DNA of 63,803 bases, filler included, from Reclinomonas americana ATCC 50394 (GCA_048213135.1; 49 parts of 49 records of this genome joined end to end with filler, not necessarily neighbours in it); one strand, 5' to 3'; counted from the whole stretch's first letter, positions 11,044 through 22,635 are shown. The notes: generated by a model from the letters alone, not told the origin. A program made the numbers and translations.

Positions 11044-11956
11044 TGTGGATCACATGCTTTTTTTTGGCGCGCGCGGGAAACTCACACGAAAAAACCGAAC
11101 AGCACGCAACGCTGATCTCTCGTCTTTCCGAGTCTGCCCGCATGCGCAACACTCAGCGCTGTGTGGAGAGGAGAAGGAGTGAGTGAGCGGAGAGAGAGTG
11201 GAGAGCGAGAGAGAGAGAGAGAGAGGAAAAACACAAGAGTGTGACATTGTGCGAGATGACGCAACACACAAACCCACGCATGCACGCACACACACAGACG
11301 CAGACACACGCTCAGAGACAGAGCAAGAGAGGCACTGCGCACACGCACACACGCACGCGTGGAGACACAGATCGCACAAGGAGAAACAAAAAGTGACACG
11401 TGTCGCCATCCGAAGCTCATGCAACGCGACTCACCGATGCACAACACCGCCACCACAATGAGCAGCACACTGCTGCCGTTCACCATCTTACACACAAGAC
11501 GCACAACGCAAACACGCGCGCGACTTTACGATGCAAAAGACAAGTCATTCCATTGACTGGATCGGAGCAGTGGATCTCACCGTGTGTTTTGTGTTATGAT
11601 TGGTGCGGCGGCGGCGGCGGCCACTGCGGCCGCTGCTGCGTTAAGTGCCACACCCGGCTCCAACGCACTGGCGCGAGCAGGCATCAAGTTGGGGTGCGTG
11701 AGGGGGGNNNNNNNNNNNNNNNNNNNNNNNNNNNNNNNNNNNNNNNNNNNNTTAATTAATTAANNNNNNNNNNNNNNNNNNNNNNNNNNNNNNNNNNNNN
11801 NNNNNNNAGAGAGAGAGAGAGAGAGAGACGGTGGGGTGTTGCATCTTTATGCTTCCTGAGCACAGTCACTCAGCATGACACTTTTAGGCTTTATTCACGC
11901 ATCACAGTTGATCGCCCTCGCCTTTCCTCACTCCTTTCCTTTGCCCTCACGCCCAG

Positions 11957-12473
11957 GTTCGGTGGATCAAGTTCCGCAACTCCTACTGCTACTCGGTGAC
12001 CATCAAGACCAAGATCTACCAGCCAGGTGCACTTACTCTTCTCTTCTTCTTCCTTCGCTCCTCGCGACTCACGTGCCCTTCCACGCACACGTGTCAAGGC
12101 TCCGATGAACCCATGTGGATCACGGCCGTGCGCGACTTGCGCCTCATGACCGACCCACACTCGGAAGCCGACGCTGAAAAGTGGCATTTTGTGGACATGC
12201 AGCGCCAGGTACTCGCGTCCCTCTCTTTCCCTTCTTCTCCTTATTCCCTCATCTGTGTGCCAGTTCGACTCTCGCATCAGCCTGGACCGCGTGCGCATTC
12301 TGCGCTTCTACGTCGTGCAGCCGTCGCCGAACTGGCGCAGCTTCTGTTTGCAGAACATTGCGTGCTACGGACCCGCCAGACCGACCGCCACGCCGTCGTA
12401 TTTCTCTTCCTCCTCGTCGTCGACAACAACGACCGCAGTAGCAGGAGGGAGTTCTGTGCGCAAGGTGCCACCG
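11957..12473 (+). CDS. NICN1: Nicolin-1 (tubulin polyglutamylase complex subunit 5), 3 exons, partial
   Basis: IKFRNSYCYSVTI..|..WITAVRDLRLMTDPHSEADA..|..LRFYVVQPSPNWRSF matches the NICN1 motifs (F.N.Y, LM.DPHSE..A, QPSP.W..F). Confidence 0.8.
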
Positions 12474-13221
12474 GTGACTGGAGTTGCGTCTGCACGAGAG
12501 AGAGAGGTGGTGGAAGGGAGAGGTAATGAGTGTGCACGAGGGAGGGTGAGCATGAGTGAGAGAACAGTGAAGAGAGTGAGTGAGTGAGAGAGAGGGGGGA
12601 ATGAGAGAGAGTGAGAGATGAAGTGAGCATGCAAGAGGGAGCGAGAGAGAGAGAGAGTGAGCAAGAGAGGGTGAGAGAGAGGAATGAGTGGGCGAAATGA
12701 AGAAGTGAATGTGCATGGGGAGTGAGAGACGTGAAAGGAAGCATCCCAAAGAGAAAAAGGGACTAAATGCGCAAGAGACAACGAGAGAGGAAGCAAGAGG
12801 GCGAAAGACAATGCAAGAGCGAGAGAGAACGAGAGACATTGAGTGTGCATGAGAGGGCAAGAGACAATGCACAAGAGCGAGAGACCGTGAGAGTTCGGGT
12901 GAAAGAGAGAGTACGAGAGAGAAAGAATGCAGGACGCAATCCCTCTTCTCCTCCGCTTTTCTTGTCCCTCGTGCTCTTCTCCCTCTGCGTCCTCACTCGC
13001 AACGCAAACACAGACGGNNNNNNNNNNNNNNNNNNNNNNNNNNNNNNNNNNNNNNNNNNNNTTAATTAATTAANNNNNNNNNNNNNNNNNNNNNNNNNNN
13101 NNNNNNNNNNNNNNNNNTTTGTGCTGCCGTGGATATCGGTGCGCTCGCTCGCGTTGCTTCGTGAGTCGTCAGTCTCTCCACTAATCTCTCTCTCTCTCTC
13201 TCTCTGTGCCTGTTGTGTGCA

Positions 13222-14325
13222 GACTCGCAACACCACCGGCAATGTCGTGTTCCGCTTCCAGCGCCTGGTCGACGCGCCAGGGAGTGCATCTGCGGTGGCG
13301 GCCGCAGCGGCTGCTGAAGCTGCTGCAGTGGCGGCGCTGACGTTTGACGAGGTCGCGATGCAGACTGCGCTGGCGCTGGAGATGATCAGTGTCGCGTCGG
13401 ATAGCTCGGAGGACTCGGATTTGTCGAGTCTCGACGACGTTGGTCAGCACGACCACGTTGTGCGACGCTTGCAACAACCCGGCTCGCCCTATGCTGTGCT
13501 GCCGCCTCTCCTCTCCGGCGATGTGGCGATTGATTCAGCTCATGCACGACACTACTCCATGCTACTGTGGGGCACACTGGCACTGGAGCTGGAGCTGCCG
13601 GTACACGGCGAACAAAAGGTGTTGTCTGTGTGTGAGAGGGCGGTACCGTGGATTTATCAATGTCTCACGTGCGTGTCGAACAGTCGGCCCCGCAGGCCAC
13701 CAACCTGCGCGTTGCGGCGCTTTCGCCGTCGGTCGCTTCCTCGCAGGGCACATCGGCCGACTCGTGGGAAGGCATGACTGAGGTGACTTCGTGCGAGCTG
13801 GACAGCACGGAGGAGGAGGACGATGGTGAGAGAGCCGGCACACAGGAGCGCGCTTGTATGTGCATCTTGTTCTCATTCGGCGGTGTGACAGGCTCGCGTG
13901 TCGTTGTGGGGGAGCCGGTGCCGGTGAACATCAACCTCAATCTGCACTATCAGATTGCGCAGGAGGCGCAGCTCACCAATGGTGATCGCTCGCGCGTGCG
14001 ACGGTGAGACTGGCGATGGCAGAGCAGCGCAATCACGCCACAACTCGCATACTCACTGTCTCTGCTTGCTGTCACCTCTTGCAGTGATGTGGTGGTGCGC
14101 TTCCTCGCCTGCCAGGAGGACACAGCCGGCAACATTGTCAGCGCCGACCACGCCCTGTTTTGGTCCGGCCCCGAACGCGTTACGGTGGTGTCGTCGGTGA
14201 GTGGCATCGTCCTTGGCGGTCGATTGTCATTCTTTCTCCACTGACACGCACGTGATCGGAGCGCAGAAGGAGCTGCATGGACACGTGGAGAAGGCTCTGT
14301 CGTCGAGCGTTACATTCTTGGAGCC
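13222..14325 (+). CDS. Hypothetical spliced protein; near-identical to 49719-50821
   Basis: Exons joined by GT-AG introns; both copies keep the reading frame. Confidence 0.6.
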
Positions 14326-14588
14326 ANNNNNNNNNNNNNNNNNNNNNNNNNNNNNNNNNNNNNNNNNNNNTTAATTAATTAANNNNNNNNNNNNNNNNNN
14401 NNNNNNNNNNNNNNNNNNNNNNNNNNGTCCCTCTCTCTCAAGCGCCTCACTCTCTCGCTCTCGCTAACTCCTGCTCATTCTCTCTTTCTCTCTCTCTTGT
14501 CCAAACTCCCTTCCACTCTCCCTTTCTCTCCCCCTCTCTTTCTCTCTCCCTTCTCCCCTCTTCTCCTCTCACCTCCATTTTCCGCAGG

Positions 14589-15001
14589 ACGTGGAGCTGG
14601 ATATTATGCCGGCGCCAAAGCACTCGTCGCACCTCCCCACCTCCCACTCGGGCGATTTCCTGCCGTCGTCGCGCTCCACGGACTTCCTCTCGGTCGGCAG
14701 CGCAGCCGCTCCCGGCATGCTCGGTCTCGGATTTGGCAGGCGGTCGATGGAGCGCTCGCCGCGCACCTCACTGGATCTGCCGGGCGGCGGTGGCGGTTTG
14801 CCACACTCGCACTCGATTGACCGAGCGCTCTCTCGTGGCGGTGTGGACACGCTGCGAGTGTTGCAGCAGAATCCGAGAAAGGTCAAGGCGCTGCGCGAGG
14901 CCCTCAGCATGTACGACGATTTGAACAGTCGGTTCGACGAGACCCGCGGCGACGACTCGGACGAGGAGAAGCAGTCGGTGCCGGTCGGGCACAATTTGTG
15001 A
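14589..15001 (+). CDS. Terminal exon of an unknown Ser-rich protein
   Basis: Polypyrimidine tract and CCGCAG acceptor, then an open frame to TGA at 15001. Confidence 0.55.
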
Positions 15002-15212
15002 GGAGGGGGTGAAGAGGGAGGTGGGGTTGAATGTAGAGGAAGGAAAAATATGTTTGACAGTTGCGATGGAGAGGGATGCTGAGGGCGTGAAAGGGGTAAT
15101 GTTCACAGGTGCTGTTGGCGGATTGCCAGACCACTGCTTGCTTCACGGATCCGGCCCCAACTTACAACAACAAATGCTAAAATATTTTGCGCCAGCCACC
15201 ACGCGCAGCGAT

Positions 15213-15337
15213 AACAACAACAAATTCATTCACCAACAAACAAGCAACAGCTGTCTTGATGACCAAGTTCAACCGTATCCAAAACATCAACACAGACACC
15301 AATCTTGAGGCAGCAGCAGGTTCCTTATATGTGTGTG
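15213..15337 (+). repeat. Dispersed repeat, copy 1 (inverted copy at 60180-60306)
   Basis: ACAACAACAAATTCATTCACCAACAAACAAGCA..GCAGCAGGTTCCT..GTGTGTGT aligns with the reverse complement of 60180-60306. Confidence 0.75.
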
Positions 15338-15734
15338 TTCGCTCTCGGAGCTCCAAACAAGTCGAGAACTGCGATCTTCACCGCATAAGCGTGGTTGACC
15401 AGTGGATTTGGCTCATTGCAGAAGGATTGCCGACGTCGTTAGACAGCTGTCGATTATCTCTCCATCTGTCACTCCGTCCTGCAATCCATTGGATGATTGT
15501 TCCCGTGGTTTGCCGCCTTCGTGCGAGTGAACCACCTGGTGGCTTCCTCCAACCCCGATTCTCCCGCCCACCCTCCCACTTGGACACTGCCGTTGGTCGG
15601 TGTTGGGAGTCTTGGTGGTGGTGGCTCTTCCCAGNNNNNNNNNNNNNNNNNNNNNNNNNNNNNNNNNNNNNNNNNNNNTTAATTAATTAANNNNNNNNNN
15701 NNNNNNNNNNNNNNNNNNNNNNNNNNNNNNNNNN

Positions 15735-16102
15735 CCTTCGCCCTGCTGGCAGGGACGGCTTCGGGCTTCACCACCTTCGTCGCCCATGCCGGAGGCCCGC
15801 CGGTGGCGATGTACCTCCTGGCGCGCGGGCTGTCCAAGACCGCCTTCGTTGGGACGACCATCGCCTTCTTCATGCTCGGCAACCTCCTGAAGCTGCCGCC
15901 CTATCTGGTGCTGGGCCTGAAGCAGCCGCAGGCGCTCTGGGCGACGCTAGCCTTGCTGCCGGCAGCGCCGATCGGCGTCTGGATGGGACGCTGGCTGCAT
16001 GAGCGGCTCGACCAGAAGCGACTGTTCTTCGCCTGCTATCTGCTGCTCGCCGCGGCCGCACTGAAGCTGACATCCGACGCCGCGCTCGCATTGCTGCGAT
16101 GA
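15735..16102 (+). CDS. Sulfite exporter TauE/SafE family protein, 5'-partial, alphaproteobacterial
   Basis: SGFTTFVAHAGGPP.AMYLL..FVGT..FF..NLLKLPPY TauE motif. Confidence 0.88.
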
Positions 16103-16167
16103 CGGCATGGCAGGAGCGCGAGCCGCCCATCTTTGCAGCAGGCCGGATTGGCCCTAAGCGATCGATC

Positions 16168-16668
16168 ATGACCGCCCTGCCCGCCCTTCGCGACGCCACC
16201 GACGCCGATTCGGAGCCGCTCGCCGCCCTGATCGCCGCGACCTTCGCCGAATACCCGAACTGCTGGTTCGACTGGTCGGAATTCCCGGAACTGCGCCGCC
16301 CGGCCAGCCACTACGCTGAAAAAGGCGGCAGGCTTTGGGTCGCCGATGGGCCGGACAGGCGTATCGCCGGCTCGATCGCCGTCGTGCCGGTGCCCGACCA
16401 GAACGCGGTCGAGCTGTTCAAGGTCTATGCCGATCCGAGCCAGCGCGGCAGCGGGCTGGCGCAGGCGCTGTTCGCCCGCGCGCTCGCCTTCGCTGAAGCC
16501 GGCGGGTATGGCGAGATGATGCTGTGGTCGGACAGCAAGTTCGCCCGCGGCCACCGCTTCTACGAGAAGCTCGGCTTCGTGCGCTGGCCGGGCGAGCGCT
16601 ACCTCGCCGACATCTCCTCGACCTGGGAATACCATTTCCGCAAGCCGCTCGCCCCGGCGCAGTCATGA
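16168..16668 (+). CDS. GNAT-family N-acetyltransferase, bacterial
   Basis: ELFKVYADPSQRGSGLAQAL (acetyl-CoA-binding motif A) and HRFYEKLGF. Confidence 0.9.
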   Translation: MTALPALRDATDADSEPLAALIAATFAEYPNCWFDWSEFPELRRPASHYAEKGGRLWVADGPDRRIAGSIAVVPVPDQNAVELFKVYADPSQRGSGLAQALFARALAFAEAGGYGEMMLWSDSKFARGHRFYEKLGFVRWPGERYLADISSTWEYHFRKPLAPAQS

Positions 16669-16943
16669 ACCTGAACACCGCGCTGCGGGCGGTTCTCGGC
16701 ATCGCGCTGCTCACCGCGATGGATGCGGTGATCAAGGCGCAGATGCAGCAGCACCCGTTCCTGCTGGCGCTGTTCATGCGCTTCGCCGCGGGCGCCGTCT
16801 GCGCGATCATCGTCGTCGCGGTGCTGCGGCCGGCTCGGCCGACACAAGCAAGCCTGATCGGCAACAGCATCCGCATACCGCTGGTCATCGTCACCGCCGG
16901 CAGCTTCTTCTATTCAATCTCGGTGCTGCCGCTGGCGGAAGGC
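16665..16943 (+). CDS. DMT/EamA family transporter, 3'-partial, bacterial
   Basis: ATGA overlap with the GNAT gene; LLTAMDAVIK..LFMRF..FFYSISVLPLAE. Confidence 0.85.
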
Positions 16944-17043
16944 NNNNNNNNNNNNNNNNNNNNNNNNNNNNNNNNNNNNNNNNNNNNTTAATTAATTAAN
17001 NNNNNNNNNNNNNNNNNNNNNNNNNNNNNNNNNNNNNNNNNNN

Positions 17044-18200
17044 CCTCCGCTTCCTGTGCAATCCTCGCGCGTTCGACGGCTTCCGCAGCCAGTCGCTGTT
17101 CCCGCAAACGAAGCTCCTCTTCTCGCAGTCGAAGCTGCTGCTCAGCTTGTGCGGCAGCCTCCTCTCGCACACGCATCTGCTGCTCCATGACAGCAGCCAA
17201 GTCGTGTACCCGAGCGTGCTCATGCAAATTGGCTCGTCCCAACCCTGCGCCTTGACCTTGAAGTGCCGACTCTTGAATCCACAATTGTCGCACTTGCAGC
17301 AGGTTGGCGAGCACATCCACGCTCGACGGACGGTGCGAGGGGGTGGGCGCCTGCGGGCATGGAATGCATGAGTAGACGGCATGGACGCAGTGTCAGAGAG
17401 CAGCACATACCCAACAACGGGCGACAATGTCACGAAGATCCGCAGGAATCGATTCAATTGGCGGGCGATCGCCACGATCAATACGTCGAATCATCTGTAC
17501 AAAATAAACGTGAATGCATAATCCAAACAGGCGTTTCACAACGAACATGTGTGCACCTGCACCGGCGAGAGGCCCGGAAACGGCAGTTCGTTGGCGAAAA
17601 CCACCCACATGACCACTGCCATGGAGTGTATGTCGCAGGACAAGTCGTACGACTGCAGAGGAATGAGCACAACAGCACTGCTGCATCATCTCTTTCATCC
17701 CCACTCACCTCCGCATTAATAACCTCTGGTGCCATGTACCTGGCGCACAATCAAGTCAGCAACGAAAGTGGCATACGCAACAATCCGAAAAAAAGCATGC
17801 TCACATGGGTGTGCCCACAACACCGGTCAGGCGTGTGGCGGTCGACGCAGTGTCCGCCAGACCAAAGTCGGCGAGCCGAGGGACGCGATGCGCGTCCAAC
17901 AATACGTTCTCCGGCTTGTGATCGCGATGAGCGATGCGTCGGCGATGCAGATTCACCAGGCCTCGCATGACCTCGATACACAGGTCGAGGCGCTAATATG
18001 TGGAGAAGGAAAGATAAGAATCCAACTCACGAATGAAGAGGACAAGGGATTGAACCAACGCACCTCCACGATGGTGAGATTTTCGCAGCGAACAAAGAGG
18101 AGATCCGACAACGAGCCGCCCACACTAAAGTCCATCAGGTAGCCTGGTCCATCGGGCGCGTCGGGCACGATGGCGTAGACGCCGATTACGTTGGGGTGGC
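17044..18200 (-). CDS. Protein kinase (TKL-like) with C-terminal coiled coil, spliced, partial
   Basis: HPNVIGVY..GGSLSDLL|..IAHRDHKPENVLLD..RLADFGLA..VVGTP|YMAPEV..LRDIVARCW..RRPP, then an E/R/Q-rich helix. Confidence 0.88.
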
Positions 18201-18562
18201 TGTGCCATCAAAGGGGGTGAGGGAGGGAGAGAGAGTGTGGGGAAGAGAGANNNNNNNNNNNNNNNNNNNNNNNNNNNNNNNNNNNNNNNNNNNNTTAATT
18301 AATTAANNNNNNNNNNNNNNNNNNNNNNNNNNNNNNNNNNNNNNNNNNNNGTGTGAGTCGAAAGTGCGGAATGATGATGTTCGGGAAAATGCCTCACCGC
18401 ACAGCGTGCACCACTTCGACGATAAACTGTGTGAGTAGTGTGAGTACTAAGAGAGGAGATGAGAGTGAGAGTCGGGGAATGCAGGCGCACCACCATCGCA
18501 AGACTGCGAGTCCGTCGGTTGCTGTTCCGACGACTTTGGTTCAACTCGCCGGCGTCGGCAAC

Positions 18563-19559
18563 ATGGGCCTCGTGAAGGCCGTGCTCTACGGCGCCGCCAC
18601 TGCCGCCGTCTCTGGCGTCACCATCTACGTGCTCAAAGGTAATCGCGCATCTGTTTGCGCACAAAAAAAAAACGAACTCACACAAAACGTGCAGCTGTGT
18701 GGCGACTGGTGACGCTGGGCGGCAAGGTGGCTCGCGCCACTGTCAACGAGGTACCAGCGAGTGAGGTACTTGGTTACATGCTCCAAATTTGTGCTGTCAA
18801 AGTGACCAACAACAACCAAAATGCAGTCGCTGCCGGCGTTTGTGGTGCTCGAGGGCACGCTGCGTGCGGGCAAGCCCGAGGACGCGGTGCTGTCGCCACT
18901 GGTCAACGATCCGGTGACAGATCCACCGGCTCGCGCGGGCTCGGCGCTGGCGTTTGCCACGCGCACGACGGTGGAGTATCAGGTGCCGGTGCGTCCGCCC
19001 GCGTGGTGGCCACTGGCCCGCGATCGCTCCTCGTGGTGGCTATCGCGCACGCAACGGGAGACGCTGGTGGCGGCCACTGGATCGTGCGAGAACATGGTGT
19101 TGCAGACGTCGGCGTCGGCGGCGACGCGAGTGCCGATTCCGACGCAAGCCGTGTATGAGGCGTTGCGGAGGGATGGGTTTCCGATTGCGGTGACGGGCAC
19201 GACGCAGGCGGCGTCGCTGACTCGTGCGGATGCGCATCGGTTGGGGGTGACGGGGTTCATGGAGAGCGCGGCGCCGTTGGTGGCCATTGGGGATTTGCGA
19301 TTGGTGTCGTTGACGGAGAGTCATGCGGTGTTGCCGGACGGACAGCCGCGGGTGGCGTGCGCTGGCCACCTGCAGCGTGACGGTTCGTTGGTCGCCGATA
19401 GCTCGTTGGTGGTGTGTTTGCAGGGCGGGCAGCAGCGGGCCGCCAGTGTCCTCCAGCGGAGAGGCATGTGGGGAGTGGCGCTGGCATTGGCGCTGGTGGC
19501 CGTGGCCGTGGTCTGCATACGTCGGTGTGTGCGTGAGTTTCGAGCGTGGCGACAGAGTC
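18563..19559 (+). CDS. Two-TM protein resembling the GIDE domain of MUL1/SP1-type E3 ligases, partial
   Basis: N-terminal TM, FVVLEGTL..VLS, PLVAIGDL, then a second TM (WGVALALALVAVAVVCI) and a basic tail; a RING would lie beyond the contig end. Confidence 0.4.
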
Positions 19560-20166
19560 NNNNNNNNNNNNNNNNNNNNNNNNNNNNNNNNNNNNNNNNN
19601 NNNTTAATTAATTAANNNNNNNNNNNNNNNNNNNNNNNNNNNNNNNNNNNNNNNNNNNNAAGGATGCGAATTCGAACGAACTGCGATTTGTAGACCCGGA
19701 ACGACTGCATGTATGCATGCGCACGTTGATTCGCCAGTCTCGACCGGGAGGCATCTGTACTCAGCTGCTGCTGCAGCGACTTCAAGCGATCTAGCCAGCC
19801 ATAGACGCGCGCATTGATCTCTGTCAGCAAATGCAATTATCTCTTTGCCGAGGGTTGGATAGACCGCGGGAAACGCTGAGTGTCCTGATGGATGCAGGCA
19901 CGTCAGATGCATTGCTCAGCCGCACGATAATACTCAATGCAGATCGCAGTTCTCGATTTGGAATTCGAAGCATGCGCAGCGCATCGCCCCAATCTGTACC
20001 TCTGACGTCGCCACAACTCCATTCTTCGGCACACACTGCTTGTCGACGTAGTGAATGTCCGCGAGCAGCAGGCGGCTCGCGCGCAATGCGCTCTGCCTTT
20101 GATCAAATGACACTTCGAAGCTTCACAGCGTGTCCTCGAAGTTGCAGTCACACACGCACGCGCACA

Positions 20167-20400
20167 ATGAAGCGGGCAGCAGGCAAGCAGATCTCTGACC
20201 GCGACCGCGACGGCAGCGACGACGACGATGGCGAGATGGACGTGGCCATGGTGCGTCTCTCTCTCTCTTGCGCTTGTGTGCGCGCGTGTGTGTGTGTCAA
20301 TGTCTGTCTTGCTCCCTGCCAACGTTCCTCTGCCTCACTCTGCACGCACTCGACAGGGCGACTTCCCACGTGCCTCCGCCGAAGAAATGGCGCGACGACG
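20167..20400 (+). CDS. NUP50: NUP50/Nup2-like N-terminal importin-alpha-binding domain, spliced, partial
   Basis: MKRAAGKQISDRD..DDDDGEMDVAM|GDFPRASAEEMARR fits the KR.A..Q/E…G.F..AS.E.++.R motif. Confidence 0.68.
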
Positions 20401-20796
20401 GTCAGCACTTTCTCTCACAATGCACCTATTGTCACGCAGTCACTCACACACATACGCACGCACACAGCATTCGTGTTCCCAAGTCGCTGGCAGGCAAGGT
20501 CGATGTGGCTGCACTGGTATGCATCTATCTAAGCGCCTGATGTTTTCCCTCATCACCTCATCATCGCGAGTTGTCTCATGCATGCATGCAGAAGGGTGGA
20601 GTCCTATCATCTGCATCTTCTTCTTCGTCATCATCAACGACGACAACGACGACGACAGCAAGTGCGTTGGCGGCTGCGGAGAGCGACGAGCCACCAATGA
20701 AGCATGCACATGGTGAGGAGGCGGAGGGGGCGAATGGCGAGGAGGGTAAGGCGCATGCAGTGGCGGCGGTGGAGCCGGAGGAGCCATCACCACCAG

Positions 20797-20832
<36 letters not shown>

Positions 20833-20965
20833 GAGGAGGGGGGGGAGGGAGGGAGGGAGGGAGGGNNNNNNNNNNNNNNNNNNNNNNNNNNNNNNNNNNN
20901 NNNNNNNNNTTAATTAATTAANNNNNNNNNNNNNNNNNNNNNNNNNNNNNNNNNNNNNNNNNNNN

Positions 20966-21800
20966 TCGTCATCGCCGCCGGCTGCAGGAAGGTCGCGGTG
21001 CCGACCTGCACGGCACTGGCGCCGGCCAGCATGTACTCGATTGCGTCATCGGCGGTGGAAATGCCGCCGCAGCCGATCACCGGGATCGTCACCGCCTTGG
21101 CGCATTGGAAGACCTGGCGCAGCACGATCGGCTTGATCGCCGGACCCGAGAGCCCGCCCATGATGTTGCCGAGGCAGGGCTTGAAGCTCTTCAGATCGAT
21201 CGCCATCGACAGAATGGTGTTGGCGACCACGACCGCATCGGCACCGGCCGCCTCGGCGGCACGCGCAACTTCGGGCACGTCGCCGGTATTGGGCGTCAGC
21301 TTGACCCAGAGCGGCAGCTTGGTCGCCTTGCGCAGTTCGCGCGTCACCTTTTCGGTGGATTCTGCCCGCATGGCGAAGGCCTTGCCGTCCTCCTCGATGT
21401 TCGGACAGGAGATATTGGCTTCGATCGCGGCGATGCCGGGGACCGAGAGCTCCGCTGCGAGGCTGGCGAAGCCTTCCGCCGTCGGCGCCGAGATCGAGAC
21501 GACCAGCGGCGTGTCGTAGGCCGCGTAATGCGGCATGGTCGTCTCGATGAAATAGGGCACGCCCTTGGAGGGGATGCCGATGGCGTTGATCAGCCCGCCC
21601 GGCCGCTCCACCACCCGCGGCAGCGGATTGCCGGCGCGCAGTTCGCGCGTGATCGTCTTGGTGACGAAGGCGCCGAGCCGGTTGAAGTCCATAACCTTCT
21701 CCAGCCCCTCGGCGAAGGTACCCGAGGCCGGCATGACGGGATTGCGCAGGGTGAGCCCGCCGATCCTGACGGAGAGGTCGATATTGCCTGCCCCGCTCAT
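20966..21800 (-). CDS. pyrD: Dihydroorotate dehydrogenase family 1B-like catalytic subunit, 3'-partial, bacterial
   Basis: NPVMPASGTF, GNPLPRV, INAIGIPSKG, EANISCPN, VKLTPN, GGLSGPAIKP, AGASAVQVGTA. Confidence 0.9.
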
Positions 21801-22172
21801 GGCAGCGCCTCCATCAGGTCGAAGACCGGGCCTTCCCAGCAGACGCGCCGGTTGACGATCTCGCCATTGACGTTGAAGTCGCGCACGCAGCAGTAGCAAA
21901 GCCCGATTCCGCAGGCCATTTGCTGCTCCATCGCGACCTGGCCGGGCAGCCCGAACTCGCGCGCCAGGCGCTGCTGCACCCGCATCAGCCGGCTCGAACC
22001 ACAGGTGAAGAAGGCGTCGCAGCGTCCCTCGGCGATCTGGCGGCGCAGGATGCGCTCGACATTGGCAGGGCCGCTGGTCGCTTCAGCATCTGTGACGGCG
22101 ATGACGTCGGCGCCATGACGCTGGAAGAGCTCGACCGAGACGAGCAGCTCAGGTCGCCGGGCGCTGAAGACC
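21797..22172 (-). CDS. pyrK: Dihydroorotate dehydrogenase electron-transfer subunit, 5'-partial, bacterial
   Basis: FTCGS..EQQMACGIGLCYCC..RVCWEGPVF [2Fe-2S] motif; ATGA overlap with pyrD. Confidence 0.9.
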
Positions 22173-22272
22173 NNNNNNNNNNNNNNNNNNNNNNNNNNNN
22201 NNNNNNNNNNNNNNNNTTAATTAATTAANNNNNNNNNNNNNNNNNNNNNNNNNNNNNNNNNNNNNNNNNNNN

Positions 22273-22635
22273 GAATGAATGAGTGAGAAAGGAGAGCGAG
22301 AGAGGGAGAAGGAACAATGCAACAGGGACAACTCACAGAGACGTCCGAACCTTGCGATGCATGCACCGGCGATGGTGGAGACAGGAAGAGAGACAACTCT
22401 CCATTTGAGCGGGATCGCGGATCGTGCTACTGAACAGACACAATGAATGAAAGAGTGAGCGAGGAGAGCGAGAGAGGGGAAGGAGGAACAATGCAACAGG
22501 GACAACCACAGAGACGTCTGAACCTTGCGATGCATGCACCGGCGATGGTGGAGACAGGGAGAGAGAGATAGCTCTCCATTTGAGCGGGATCACGGATCGA
22601 GATGCTGAACAGACACAATGAATGAATGAGTGAGT
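22273..22635. repeat. Tandem repeat, ~165-175 bp unit, two copies
   Basis: GGAACAATGCAACAGGGACAAC..GAACCTTGCGATGCATGCACCGGCGATGGTGGAGACAGG..CTCTCCATTTGAGCGGGATC..GAACAGACACAATGAATGAA occurs twice. Confidence 0.85.
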
